NCBI GenBank assembly: GCA_963764105.1
Contig: CAVXRP010000011.1
Coordinates: forward strand, 70,851-134,850
Length of the DNA: 64,000 nucleotides
Reading direction: 5' to 3'
From: Bryobacterales bacterium
GTDB taxonomy: Bacteria > Acidobacteriota > Terriglobia > Bryobacterales > Bryobacteraceae
The translations under genes and the position numbers were made by a program. Below are positions 18,677 to 26,829 of the stretch, in pieces (within the stretch, counting starts at the first letter, position 1; each line of letters begins with the position of its first letter). The notes beneath the pieces are model-generated. The model did not search any database. It was not told the DNA's origin and was given only the letters and a program-made list of their open reading frames with translations.

Positions 18677-19510
18677 ATGAGTTCTCACACGGCGGACACC
18701 GCACTTACATTTTTAGGAAAGCTGATTTTAGAAGGCGAGATTCATTGCCAGACCGGCCTGCATATTGGCGCCGGTAAAGGATCGCTGGAGATCGGCGGCG
18801 CCGATAATCCGGTGGTCAAGGACGCCTTCGGCATTCCGTACATTCCGGGCAGTTCCCTGCGCGGCCGCTTGCGCGCTCTGCTCGAACAAACCATGGGCCT
18901 GGCGGTGCCCGGCGAATTGGTTTATTTGTCTAAGCGCAAAGGGCAGGAAGTGCGCATCCATCAAAGCGATCGGGCCGATGACGAAATCTGCGTTTTGTTC
19001 GGCCGCAATCCCGGACGGGTGGATAGAGTAACCGGCGACCCTTTGGAAGGCGCCACGGCTACGCCGGCGCGTCTCACGGTTTTCGACGCGCCGCTGGTGG
19101 TGGATAGCATCACACCGCAGATGCGCGAAAACCTGGACGACGAATTGACCGAAGTGAAAAGCGAAAACGCGGTGGACCGCATCACCTCGCAGGCCAACCC
19201 GCGCACGCTCGAACGCGTGCCCGCCGGTGCGCGCTTCAAGTTCCGCATGGTGCTCGATATCCTCTGCGAAGAAGACAAGCCGCTAGTGGCGCGCGTGGCG
19301 GAAGGTTTGCGCCTGCTTGAAGACGATGCGTTGGGCGGCGGCGGCAGCCGTGGCAACGGCCGTGTCGCGTTTGCGGGTTTGAGCCTGTTGTGGCGCGGCA
19401 AAGATTATTACGCCAAGGGCGCGGCCGAAGAGAGCCTGCTCGCCGCTGCCGATCTGGCGGCGTTCCAGCAATTGGCCAGCGCCGGCGACTTCAGCGCGAA
19501 GCTAGCCTAA
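18677..19510 (+). CDS. csm3: Csm3 (Cas7 RAMP backbone subunit)
   Basis: Aligns by eye along its length with staphylococcal Csm3: TGLHIGAGKGSLEIGGADNPVVKD, IPGSSLRGRLRALLE, TEVKSENAVDRITSQANPRTLERVPAGARF, LEDDALGGGGSRGNGRV. The Asp of GGADNPVV corresponds to the RNA-cleaving Asp. Confidence 0.9.
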   Translation: MSSHTADTALTFLGKLILEGEIHCQTGLHIGAGKGSLEIGGADNPVVKDAFGIPYIPGSSLRGRLRALLEQTMGLAVPGELVYLSKRKGQEVRIHQSDRADDEICVLFGRNPGRVDRVTGDPLEGATATPARLTVFDAPLVVDSITPQMRENLDDELTEVKSENAVDRITSQANPRTLERVPAGARFKFRMVLDILCEEDKPLVARVAEGLRLLEDDALGGGGSRGNGRVAFAGLSLLWRGKDYYAKGAAEESLLAAADLAAFQQLASAGDFSAKLA

Positions 19511-19511
19511 A

Positions 19512-20897
19512 ATGCAGCCGGCAGTTTTGATACGGCTCCGTCCGCTCGGCGCTTGGCGCTTTGGACCGGCGGACGGCGGCCACGACCAGGTAGACACGCT
19601 CTATCGCAGCGACCGCTTGTATTCCGCGGTGACGCTCGCCATGCAGCGCTTGGGCCTGCTGGACGAGTGGCTGGACGCTACCGCGCGCGCCGCCAAACCG
19701 GCGCTGGTTTTCAGCTCGCTGTTTCCATTTCAAGGCGACACGCTCTATGCCATTCCGCCTGCCACTTTGTGGCCGCCGCCACTGGCGCTGCTCACTACGC
19801 CCAGTCCAGTTTTCTTGACCAAGATCCGCTGGAAGACCGCGCATTTCGTGCCGCTGAGTGTGATCGATTCTTTAATCACCGGCCAGCCGATTCTGGCCGA
19901 TCAATGGCTGCCCGACCCCGAAAGCGCCTGCCTGCTGCGGCGCGACCGGCCCAGTTCAAGTCCGTTTCGCGTCGTCATGCGCAGCACTGCGGCGGTCGAC
20001 CGCCTCACGCATTCGAGCGATGAAATCAAGCCTGTCGCTTGCGTCGAGTTCGAGCAAAATGCCGGCTTGTGGACTGTGGCGCGCTTTGCCGGTGCAGAGG
20101 AAGAGCAGGTGTGGAGCAGCCGATTGCAAGCGGCCCTGCGGCTGTTAAGCGATTCCGGTTTTGGCGGCGGACGCAGCCGAGGTTGGGGCCAGACGCAAGA
20201 GGCCGATTTCCAGAGCGGTTCTTGGCCTGCGATTCTGTTGCCGAAGTTAGGCCGCCTCTTGCGCAACGCCCCGCCAGCCGAGCTTGAACATGGTGCTGGG
20301 GCGCTCTATTGGCTGCTCTCGCTTTATTCGCCCGCGGCCGTCGATAAAGTTGATTGGACCGGCGGAAACTATTCTCTGACCTTACGGGGCGGCCGCGTGG
20401 ACAGCAATTCGGGTCAAGGCGCTACCAAGAAGAACGTACGCATGGTAAGCGAAGGCTGCGTGTTGGCCGCGGGCGATGAACCGGTGGGTGTCGCGGTCGA
20501 TGTAGCTCCCGACGGCTTCGCGCATCCCGTTTACCGCTCGGGTTTGGCCTTGGCTTTGCGGTTGCCAGTGGTTGAAGTACAACAGAAACCGATAGAGGAG
20601 CCCTCTACCGAGGAAGCCGTGATCGAACAGTTCGTTGAACCGACGGTGCATGAACCTGAAACGCCGATGGAACCGCCGGCAGCTGTCGAAGAGCCCGCTC
20701 CCCCATCCCCGCCAGAACAGGAGCCGCCGACAATCGAACAGGCAGCTGAGCCCGCAGTGCCCGGTCCCGAGATCCGTGAGCCCGAAGCGCCAGTGGAACC
20801 ACCGCCAGCTATAGAAGAGCCAACTCCGCCATCGCCGCCGGAACAGGAGCCGCCGCTTGAGTCTCCACCTCTGGAGGAGCTGCCGCATGAAGTATAA
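19512..20897 (+). CDS. csm4: Csm4 (Cas5 RAMP) with ~115-aa Pro/Glu-rich C-terminal extension
   Basis: LRPLGAWRFG, YRSDRLYSAVTLA, FSSLFPF, SDSGFGGGRSRGWGQ and HPVYRSGLALALRLPV (canonical Csm4 C-terminus), followed by the extra PE-rich tail. Starts 1 nt after the csm3 stop. Confidence 0.85.
   Translation: MQPAVLIRLRPLGAWRFGPADGGHDQVDTLYRSDRLYSAVTLAMQRLGLLDEWLDATARAAKPALVFSSLFPFQGDTLYAIPPATLWPPPLALLTTPSPVFLTKIRWKTAHFVPLSVIDSLITGQPILADQWLPDPESACLLRRDRPSSSPFRVVMRSTAAVDRLTHSSDEIKPVACVEFEQNAGLWTVARFAGAEEEQVWSSRLQAALRLLSDSGFGGGRSRGWGQTQEADFQSGSWPAILLPKLGRLLRNAPPAELEHGAGALYWLLSLYSPAAVDKVDWTGGNYSLTLRGGRVDSNSGQGATKKNVRMVSEGCVLAAGDEPVGVAVDVAPDGFAHPVYRSGLALALRLPVVEVQQKPIEEPSTEEAVIEQFVEPTVHEPETPMEPPAAVEEPAPPSPPEQEPPTIEQAAEPAVPGPEIREPEAPVEPPPAIEEPTPPSPPEQEPPLESPPLEELPHEV
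20652..20855 (+). repeat. imperfect tandem duplication (126-bp period) inside the csm4 3-prime end
   Basis: The 78-bp cores 20652-20729 and 20778-20855 encode EPETPMEPPAAVEEPAPPSPPEQEPP and EPEAPVEPPPAIEEPTPPSPPEQEPP. Confidence 0.8.
20873..20879 (+). promoter_or_regulatory. Shine-Dalgarno GGAGGAG for csm5
   Basis: GGAGGAG lies 7 nt upstream of the ATG at 20887, inside the csm4 3-prime end. Confidence 0.5.
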
Positions 20898-22029
20898 AGT
20901 GACTGCGCTCACGCCGCTCCTGGTCGGCGACGGCCGCGAACTCTCGCCCATCGACTACATGGTCTGGAAAGACCAGGTCAACGTACTCGATCAGACGCGC
21001 ATTTTCAAGCTGCTTTCGCGCGGCCCTCGCCTGGATGGTTATCTGGCCCAGCTGCGCAAGGCAAGCAAACTCGATTTCGCATCCTGGGGCGGCTTCGCGC
21101 AAAACTTCTCGCAGCGCCGCATTCCCTTTGAAACGCCCGATGCCACCGCAATTTGGAATAACGCGCCGCCGGAAGCACTCTTCATCCCCACCTTCGCCGC
21201 CAATTATCGCGGCCCTTATCTGCCCGCTTCGGCGCTCAAGGGCGCGTTGCGCAGCGGCCTGGTCTTTTCGCGCTGGTCTTTGAGCACCATGGAGCGAGCC
21301 GCCGCGGCGATGGAAGGCGACCGCTTGCCGCGCCGCGTGAGCGACAGTGCCGAAGGGAGCGCGCAAGCATCGCAAATGCGCGTCTTGGCTGTGGCCGATA
21401 GCGAACCCATTTCCACCAGCGCCTTCAAAGTGTATGTATCGCGGACGGCATCGCTCGATTTTCGGCAAGCGGGCGATCCGCAGCTAGTTTGGAAAGTGGC
21501 CGGCCGCGGAAGTGTCGCTGCGCAACGCGTGAACGAAGCTACGCCGGTATTTGCCGAAATGGCGATACCCGGAACCGAATTCGCCGGCCGATGCGATGAG
21601 CGCACATTTTTGGAGCAGCCCGATATGGCGCGTAGCCTGGGCTGGCGTAGCCCGCCCAACATTGACGCGATTGTCACAGCTGCCAATCAGTTTGCCGCCT
21701 CGCAATTGGAAATGCAAGCGCGTTATGCGCAAGCTACCGGCCTGCCGCAAGTGCAGGAGACGGTCGCGCATTTGCAATCCGAGTTGCAAGCCGCGCAAAC
21801 CAACCCGCTCTCCTGTCTCTTATGTTTGGGTTGGGGTGGCGGCTTTCTGAGTAAAGCCTGTTTTCACGATACAGATTCGGAAGCCTACCGCAAAATATTG
21901 CGCTCTGTGCCCTCCATTAGCAGGGCGATTCGCGACAAGGTGCCCTTTCCAAAGACTCGCCGGTTGATATTTGCAGGGGGTAAGCCGGCCAGCGTTCCCG
22001 GGTGGGTCCGCTTGCATGTGGAAGCATAG
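20887..22029 (+). CDS. csm5: Csm5 (Cas7-like RAMP)
   Basis: MKYKVTALTPLLVGDGRELSPIDYMV, PYLPASALKGALRSGL and C-terminal LGWGGGFLSK (G-rich loop). ATG at 20887 is preferred over the upstream start at 20857. Overlaps csm4 by 11 nt. Confidence 0.85.
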   Translation: MKYKVTALTPLLVGDGRELSPIDYMVWKDQVNVLDQTRIFKLLSRGPRLDGYLAQLRKASKLDFASWGGFAQNFSQRRIPFETPDATAIWNNAPPEALFIPTFAANYRGPYLPASALKGALRSGLVFSRWSLSTMERAAAAMEGDRLPRRVSDSAEGSAQASQMRVLAVADSEPISTSAFKVYVSRTASLDFRQAGDPQLVWKVAGRGSVAAQRVNEATPVFAEMAIPGTEFAGRCDERTFLEQPDMARSLGWRSPPNIDAIVTAANQFAASQLEMQARYAQATGLPQVQETVAHLQSELQAAQTNPLSCLLCLGWGGGFLSKACFHDTDSEAYRKILRSVPSISRAIRDKVPFPKTRRLIFAGGKPASVPGWVRLHVEA

Positions 22030-22191
22030 TATTCCAATATTAATCTGGGTTTTACGGGTCTTTAATTAGGACTTTGCGAGTGTCGCTTGGTTGTCCAACT
22101 CGGGTATGATAGGTTGTGGGAGTTCCCCACTAAACCAATCATCGGCGGCTTGGCCGCCTGACTTGTACCGAGGTCCCGTAGAGGGTCAACC

Positions 22192-23100
22192 ATGCAAAGC
22201 GCTATTTACAACCCATATTTCGGGTTTAGTGAGAACCCATTTAACATCAGTCCGGATCCGGAGTTCTTGTATCGCAGCCCGCAGCACGAAGAGGCGTTGG
22301 CGAACTTGATCTATGGCGTCCGGAGCCGCAAAGGTTTTATTGTTTTAACGGGTGAAGTCGGTACCGGCAAGACAACCATGCTCGAGTGTTTGCGCGATTA
22401 CCTGGACACCATGCGCACCGAGTTTGCGTTTATTTTTAATTCTCGCTTAACGCCGGACCAGTTCTTTGAAATGATGGCGTTCGATTTCGATTTGGAGTGC
22501 GACCGCAAATCGAAAACGGATGTGCTGTTTGCTTTGAACACGTTGCTGATCAAGCAGGCCGAAAAAGGCCGCACTTGCGTGCTGTTGGTGGATGAAGCTC
22601 ACAACTTGGAGTGGGACGTTTTGGAGGAAATTCGTTTGCTGGGCAATCTGGAAAATCGCGGTGGTAAGCTGCTGCAGATTATCCTGGCGGGGCAACCGGA
22701 ATTGGACCGCAAGCTGGACGCACCGAATCTGCGGCAACTGAAACAGCGCATTGTTTTGCGTTGCAACTTGAATCCGCTTGAGCCGGACGAAGCAGTGGCG
22801 TACATTGAGACGCGCATGGCGCGTGCGGGCATGCCGGAGCAAACGGTCTTTTCGCCCGAACTGCTGGAAGAGATTTACCGGCGCGCGCGGGGTATCCCGC
22901 GCGTGATTAACCTGATCTGCGATAACCTGTTGGTGACCGCTTTCGCCATGGAGCGCAAAACTGCAACTGTAGAAATGCTGGATGAGGTTTGCCAAGATCT
23001 GCGTCTGGAGTGGCCGGGTTCTGGCCGGCGCGGGCGTTCGCGCTTCAACGTCGACGAAGAACACCAGTTTCCCGACGCCATTACCGCGCGTGGCGATTAG
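22192..23100 (+). CDS. ExeA/GspA-like AAA ATPase (PEP-CTERM-locus type secretion ATPase family)
   Basis: N-terminal YNPYFGFSENPFNISPDPEFLYRSPQHEEAL, Walker A GEVGTGKTT, Walker B VLLVDEAHNL, and QIILAGQPEL. Confidence 0.85.
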   Translation: MQSAIYNPYFGFSENPFNISPDPEFLYRSPQHEEALANLIYGVRSRKGFIVLTGEVGTGKTTMLECLRDYLDTMRTEFAFIFNSRLTPDQFFEMMAFDFDLECDRKSKTDVLFALNTLLIKQAEKGRTCVLLVDEAHNLEWDVLEEIRLLGNLENRGGKLLQIILAGQPELDRKLDAPNLRQLKQRIVLRCNLNPLEPDEAVAYIETRMARAGMPEQTVFSPELLEEIYRRARGIPRVINLICDNLLVTAFAMERKTATVEMLDEVCQDLRLEWPGSGRRGRSRFNVDEEHQFPDAITARGD

Positions 23101-23487
23101 ACGCTCGGCGATATGTTTCTGCGCCTGTGCCACTGCCTGCTGAGCCGACCGCCCAGATCTGAACCCGTAGCTGCTTTCAGAAAACGTCCGGTCCCACCGC
23201 CTCTGGAGAACCCGCATCACCGACGGTGCTGAATCAATCGATCCAGCACCGTCGGAATGCCCGCGCCACCCTTATTGGCCTTTAACCCGCTGCCCTGCTT
23301 TTTTCAGGTTTTCTCGCTCCCTACTTCCTCCATCCATCGATTCGTGGCTGGCTGGGCTTTCGGGGTTATTCACCGTCGAGAGCGATTCGATCTCCTCGCT
23401 CCCCGCTTCGCGGGCTTCACCCGCTGGCGTGGAAGGGAATTCCAGTTCGACCTGAATACTCTGCTTCATTTCGCTCCTGAGATGCAT
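23101..23487 (-). pseudogene. group II intron reverse transcriptase remnant (5-prime part only, frameshifted, internally deleted)
   Basis: Minus-strand pieces in three frames: RENLKKAGQRVK, ANKGGAGIPTVLDRLIQ, and VLQRRWDRTFSESSYGFRSGRSAQQAVAQAQKHIAE (RT0-RT2 motifs). Homology stops abruptly at 23100, where the ATPase gene ends. Confidence 0.65.
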
Positions 23488-23860
23488 GCCCTACTTGCCG
23501 CTCCTCTCGTTCGGGCTTTCCAACCGTCTCCTGTGCACAGACAGTCCCAGGGGCTAAACTCTGCTTTGCGAGGGCTTTGGGGAGAGCGAAACCACTGTCC
23601 CGAGGCCGTTTTCACGTCCACCAGGATCGCCGCCGCCCGCCGTTCACCCCCATAAAGATCTTGTCGTGCGCCAAGCCGAAGAACCATGACCGCATTTTGC
23701 CTACTGACGATATTGGGTCGAAACTTCGAACAGGAAAAACCGTCCTGCGGCCGGGAAGAAAAGTCTTAGGGGCTGATGTAGGGATATATAGCCCAGCTCA
23801 GGTCTTTTCGGCCACCTCGGCGTTAAGAAATTCCAAGAGCTCACGAACGAACAACTCGAA

Positions 23861-25168
23861 GTGAAAATCGCGAAAGCGGCGAGTTGTTACGAAACATGGA
23901 AGAAGAAGTCTTATGCGGAGCGAGCGCTGATCGTCGCGAAGGCGGCGGAACTCATGCATGCCGAGGTGGATAAGTTTGCTAAACACGCCACGGTGGAGAT
24001 GGGGAAGCTGATCAATGAAGCGCGCGGCGAGGTTGACTTCAGCGCAAACATTCTGGCCTCTTACGCCAAAAACGGCGAGCGTTTTCTGGCGCCGGTGAAG
24101 CTGAATCCGACGCATGGAGAAGCGCATATGGAAAGCAGCCTGATTGGCGTGATTTTCGGCGTAGAACCGTGGAACTTCCCTTACTATCAGCTGGCGCGGG
24201 TAGCCGGTCCTCATCTCATGGCGGGTAACACGCTTCTGGTGAAGCACGGCGGCCGCGTTCCACAATGCGCCATCGAGTTTGAAAAGCTTTGGATGGACGC
24301 CGGCGCACCGGAAGGCCTCTATACGAATCTTCTAATCTCGCACGAACAATCGGACAAGGTCATCGACGATCCGCGCATCAAGGGCGTCGCGCTCACCGGC
24401 AGCGTGGCGGCCGGCAGAAGCATCTCGGCTAGAGCGGGAACCAATCTCAAAGTCTCTTCCATGGAACTGGGCGGCAGCGATGCGTTCATAGGGCTGGAGG
24501 ATGCGGATCTCGAGAAGACCATTCCCTGGGCTGTCTGGGGAAGAATGTACAACGCGGGGCAGACCTGCTGCGCGTCGAAGCGCTTCATTGTTGTAGAAGA
24601 GATCGCCGATCAATTTCTGGCGAAATTCAAGGTCGCCCTGGAAGCACTGAAACCCGGGGATCCCATGGACGAGAAGACCACGCACGGCCCGCTCTCCACT
24701 GAGTCGGCGCTGGTCGATTTGCTCAAACAGGTGGATAACGCGGTGGCGAAGGGTGCGAAGGTGGCGTTAGGCGGCAAACGGATCGACCGAGCCGGCTCGT
24801 TCATGCAAGCCACCATCCTGACCGATGTGAAACCCGATAATCCTGCCTTTCGCGATGAGTTCTTTGGACCGGTGGCCATGTTCTTCCGGGTGAAGGATGA
24901 GGCTGCGGCCATTGCACTGGCCAACGATTCCGACTTTGGCTTGGGCGGCTCGGTCTTTACCAAAGATATCGCGCGCGGCAAGCGTGTCGCTTCGCAGGTT
25001 GAGACGGGGATGATGTTCATCAACAACATCGATTGGTCGGACGCGGAGCTTCCTTTTGGAGGCATCAAAGATTCCGGGTACGGGCGCGAATTGGGCAATA
25101 TGGGAATCGAGGAGTTTGTGAACAAGAAGCTGGTTCGTATACACGACATGGCTGCCCCCTTGGTATAG
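23861..25168 (+). CDS. NAD(P)-dependent aldehyde dehydrogenase (succinate-semialdehyde dehydrogenase-like), apparently 5-prime truncated
   Basis: ELGGSDA, catalytic GQTCCASKR, and EEFVNKK. GTG start. Family-like sequence (KKFQELTNEQLE) continues in frame upstream of the GTG, without any start codon, back to a TAG at 23789. Confidence 0.85.
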   Translation: MKIAKAASCYETWKKKSYAERALIVAKAAELMHAEVDKFAKHATVEMGKLINEARGEVDFSANILASYAKNGERFLAPVKLNPTHGEAHMESSLIGVIFGVEPWNFPYYQLARVAGPHLMAGNTLLVKHGGRVPQCAIEFEKLWMDAGAPEGLYTNLLISHEQSDKVIDDPRIKGVALTGSVAAGRSISARAGTNLKVSSMELGGSDAFIGLEDADLEKTIPWAVWGRMYNAGQTCCASKRFIVVEEIADQFLAKFKVALEALKPGDPMDEKTTHGPLSTESALVDLLKQVDNAVAKGAKVALGGKRIDRAGSFMQATILTDVKPDNPAFRDEFFGPVAMFFRVKDEAAAIALANDSDFGLGGSVFTKDIARGKRVASQVETGMMFINNIDWSDAELPFGGIKDSGYGRELGNMGIEEFVNKKLVRIHDMAAPLV

Positions 25169-25281
25169 GCGGATGGGGAAGGCTTCAGCCTGCCGCTGGA
25201 GATTGTCAATCGGTGCCTGGTTTTTTGCATAGGGCCTCACCTTCACAGATTTGGTAGAGGCCCCAAAGGGAAAGTCAAAAA

Positions 25282-26283
25282 ATGTACGTCAATGTTGCGG
25301 TTTTACGTGAAACGCTCGCGCATGAACGTCGTGTGGCTCTGATGCCATCCGTTACCGCCGGGCTGGTGAAGGTAGGCGCGAAACTACACATGCAGTGCGG
25401 CGCGGGTGAGGCGAGCAGTTTCCCCGATGAGTCCTATAAGGACGTGGTCTTCATGAAAGACCGGGCGCAAATGGTGGCGGACGCAGACATCGTGCTGGCG
25501 GTTCAGCCGCCCGCGCTCGAAGTGGTTGATGCCATGAAGGAGGGGTCGGTTTTGATCTGCTTCGTCTATGCCGAGCATCAGAAACCGCTGCTGAAACGGC
25601 TCGTAGAAAAGAAAATCACCTGCTTCGCCATGGAGCGTGTACCGCGCATTACCCGCGCGCAGTCGATGGACGCCCTGTCAAGTCAATCCGCGTTGGGCGG
25701 CTATTATGCGGTGGAACTGGGAGCAACGAATTTGACGCGGGTTCTGCCCAAGATCACATCTGCGGCGGGGGCCATCGGGCCAGCGCATGTCTTAGTCATG
25801 GGACTCGGAGTGGCCGGGCTTGAAGCGGTGGCTACCGCTCACCGTTTGGGCGCCGTGGTGGAAGGATATGACATTCGTCCCGATACGGAAGAACAGGTTC
25901 TATCGCTGGGCGCGACCTTCGTCCAGACCGGTGTGGACGCGCACGGCAAGGGCGGCTATGCGCGCGAACTCACGCCTGAGGAAAAGACCAAGGTGGCAAG
26001 TGTTCTGACGAAACACATTCAACAAGCGGACCTTATCATTACCACCGCGGCCATTCCCGGCAAACCATCACCCAAACTGATCAGCAGCGAGCAAGTAAAG
26101 GGTATGAAGCCGGGCGCGGTGATTGTCGATTTGTCCGCGGAGGGTGGCGGCAACTGTCAAGATACCCAGCCGGGAAAGACCGCGCGCATTGGTCCGGTGA
26201 CGATTGTTGCGCCGCTCAATGTGCCGTCACTGCTGGCCCAGGATGCAAGCGACCTTTACTCCAGAACCAGTACAACCTGTTAA
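25282..26283 (+). CDS. pntA: NAD(P) transhydrogenase subunit alpha part 1 (PntAA), 3-prime end frameshifted
   Basis: AlaDH/PNT fold with Rossmann VMGLGVAGLEAV. After ..DLYSR the family-typical C-terminus (NQYNLLKLILKDNIITIDWGDEVL..) continues in the +1 frame to about 26430. The lesion looks like AAA to AA at about 26264. Confidence 0.85.
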   Translation: MYVNVAVLRETLAHERRVALMPSVTAGLVKVGAKLHMQCGAGEASSFPDESYKDVVFMKDRAQMVADADIVLAVQPPALEVVDAMKEGSVLICFVYAEHQKPLLKRLVEKKITCFAMERVPRITRAQSMDALSSQSALGGYYAVELGATNLTRVLPKITSAAGAIGPAHVLVMGLGVAGLEAVATAHRLGAVVEGYDIRPDTEEQVLSLGATFVQTGVDAHGKGGYARELTPEEKTKVASVLTKHIQQADLIITTAAIPGKPSPKLISSEQVKGMKPGAVIVDLSAEGGGNCQDTQPGKTARIGPVTIVAPLNVPSLLAQDASDLYSRTSTTC

Positions 26284-26457
26284 AGCTGATCCTTAAAGAC
26301 AACATCATCACGATTGACTGGGGCGATGAGGTGCTTGCCAAGACCGCGCTGACGCATGCTGGCAAGTTGCAAAGCTCGGGCGAAAAAGCTGAACCGGAAA
26401 AAACCGCAGCATCCCCGGGGAAAGCCGCTTAAGTCAACCTCAAAAAGAGAACATTTT

Positions 26458-26820
26458 ATGAACTTTGAAATCTCGATTACCGGCTTTGTCGCTATCTATA
26501 TCTTCATGCTGGCCGCTTTCGGCGGTTGGGTCATCATCGGCAACGTACCCGCCATTCTGCATACCTCGCTTATGTCGGGTTCGAATTTCGTGCACGGCAT
26601 CGTGGTTGTCGGTGGTCTTTTCACGTTGCTGAATGCCGGCAATGTGACTCAGCAGACGATTGGATTTTTTGCCGTGCTGATGGGTGCCGGCAACGTGGCC
26701 GGAGGATACGCCGTGACCGACCGGATGCTGGCCATGTTCAAAACCAGCGGACACCCGGCACACGCGGCGCATCCGATTCGCCCCACGGCGCAGAAGAAAA
26801 GTTCGGCGAAGAAAAGCTAG
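26458..26820 (+). CDS. NAD(P) transhydrogenase subunit alpha part 2 (PntAB)
   Basis: Small membrane protein MNFEISITGFVAIYIFMLAAFGGWVIIGNVPAILHTSLMSGSNFVHGIVVVG in the expected position between pntAA and pntB. Internal ATG at 26458 chosen. Confidence 0.85.
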   Translation: MNFEISITGFVAIYIFMLAAFGGWVIIGNVPAILHTSLMSGSNFVHGIVVVGGLFTLLNAGNVTQQTIGFFAVLMGAGNVAGGYAVTDRMLAMFKTSGHPAHAAHPIRPTAQKKSSAKKS

Positions 26821-26829
26821 GGATTCCAC

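Noticed and set aside
20382-21468. Minus-strand ORFs of 189 aa and 219 aa overlapping csm4/csm5.
   Set aside because: They are antisense to strongly supported RAMP genes and have low-complexity, Arg-rich composition.
22447-23220. 257-aa minus-strand ORF as a complete reverse transcriptase.
   Set aside because: Only the first ~40 residues (23101-23220) have RT similarity. The remainder is antisense to the ATPase gene.
15969-23860. Searched the cas operon flanks and intergenic gaps for a CRISPR array or a solitary repeat.
   Set aside because: No direct repeats of 24-40 bp with regular spacing were seen on either strand. A segment with a vaguely repeat-like look (GTTGAAAGCCGCCCCGCTGCCCCCGC at about 16228) occurs only once.
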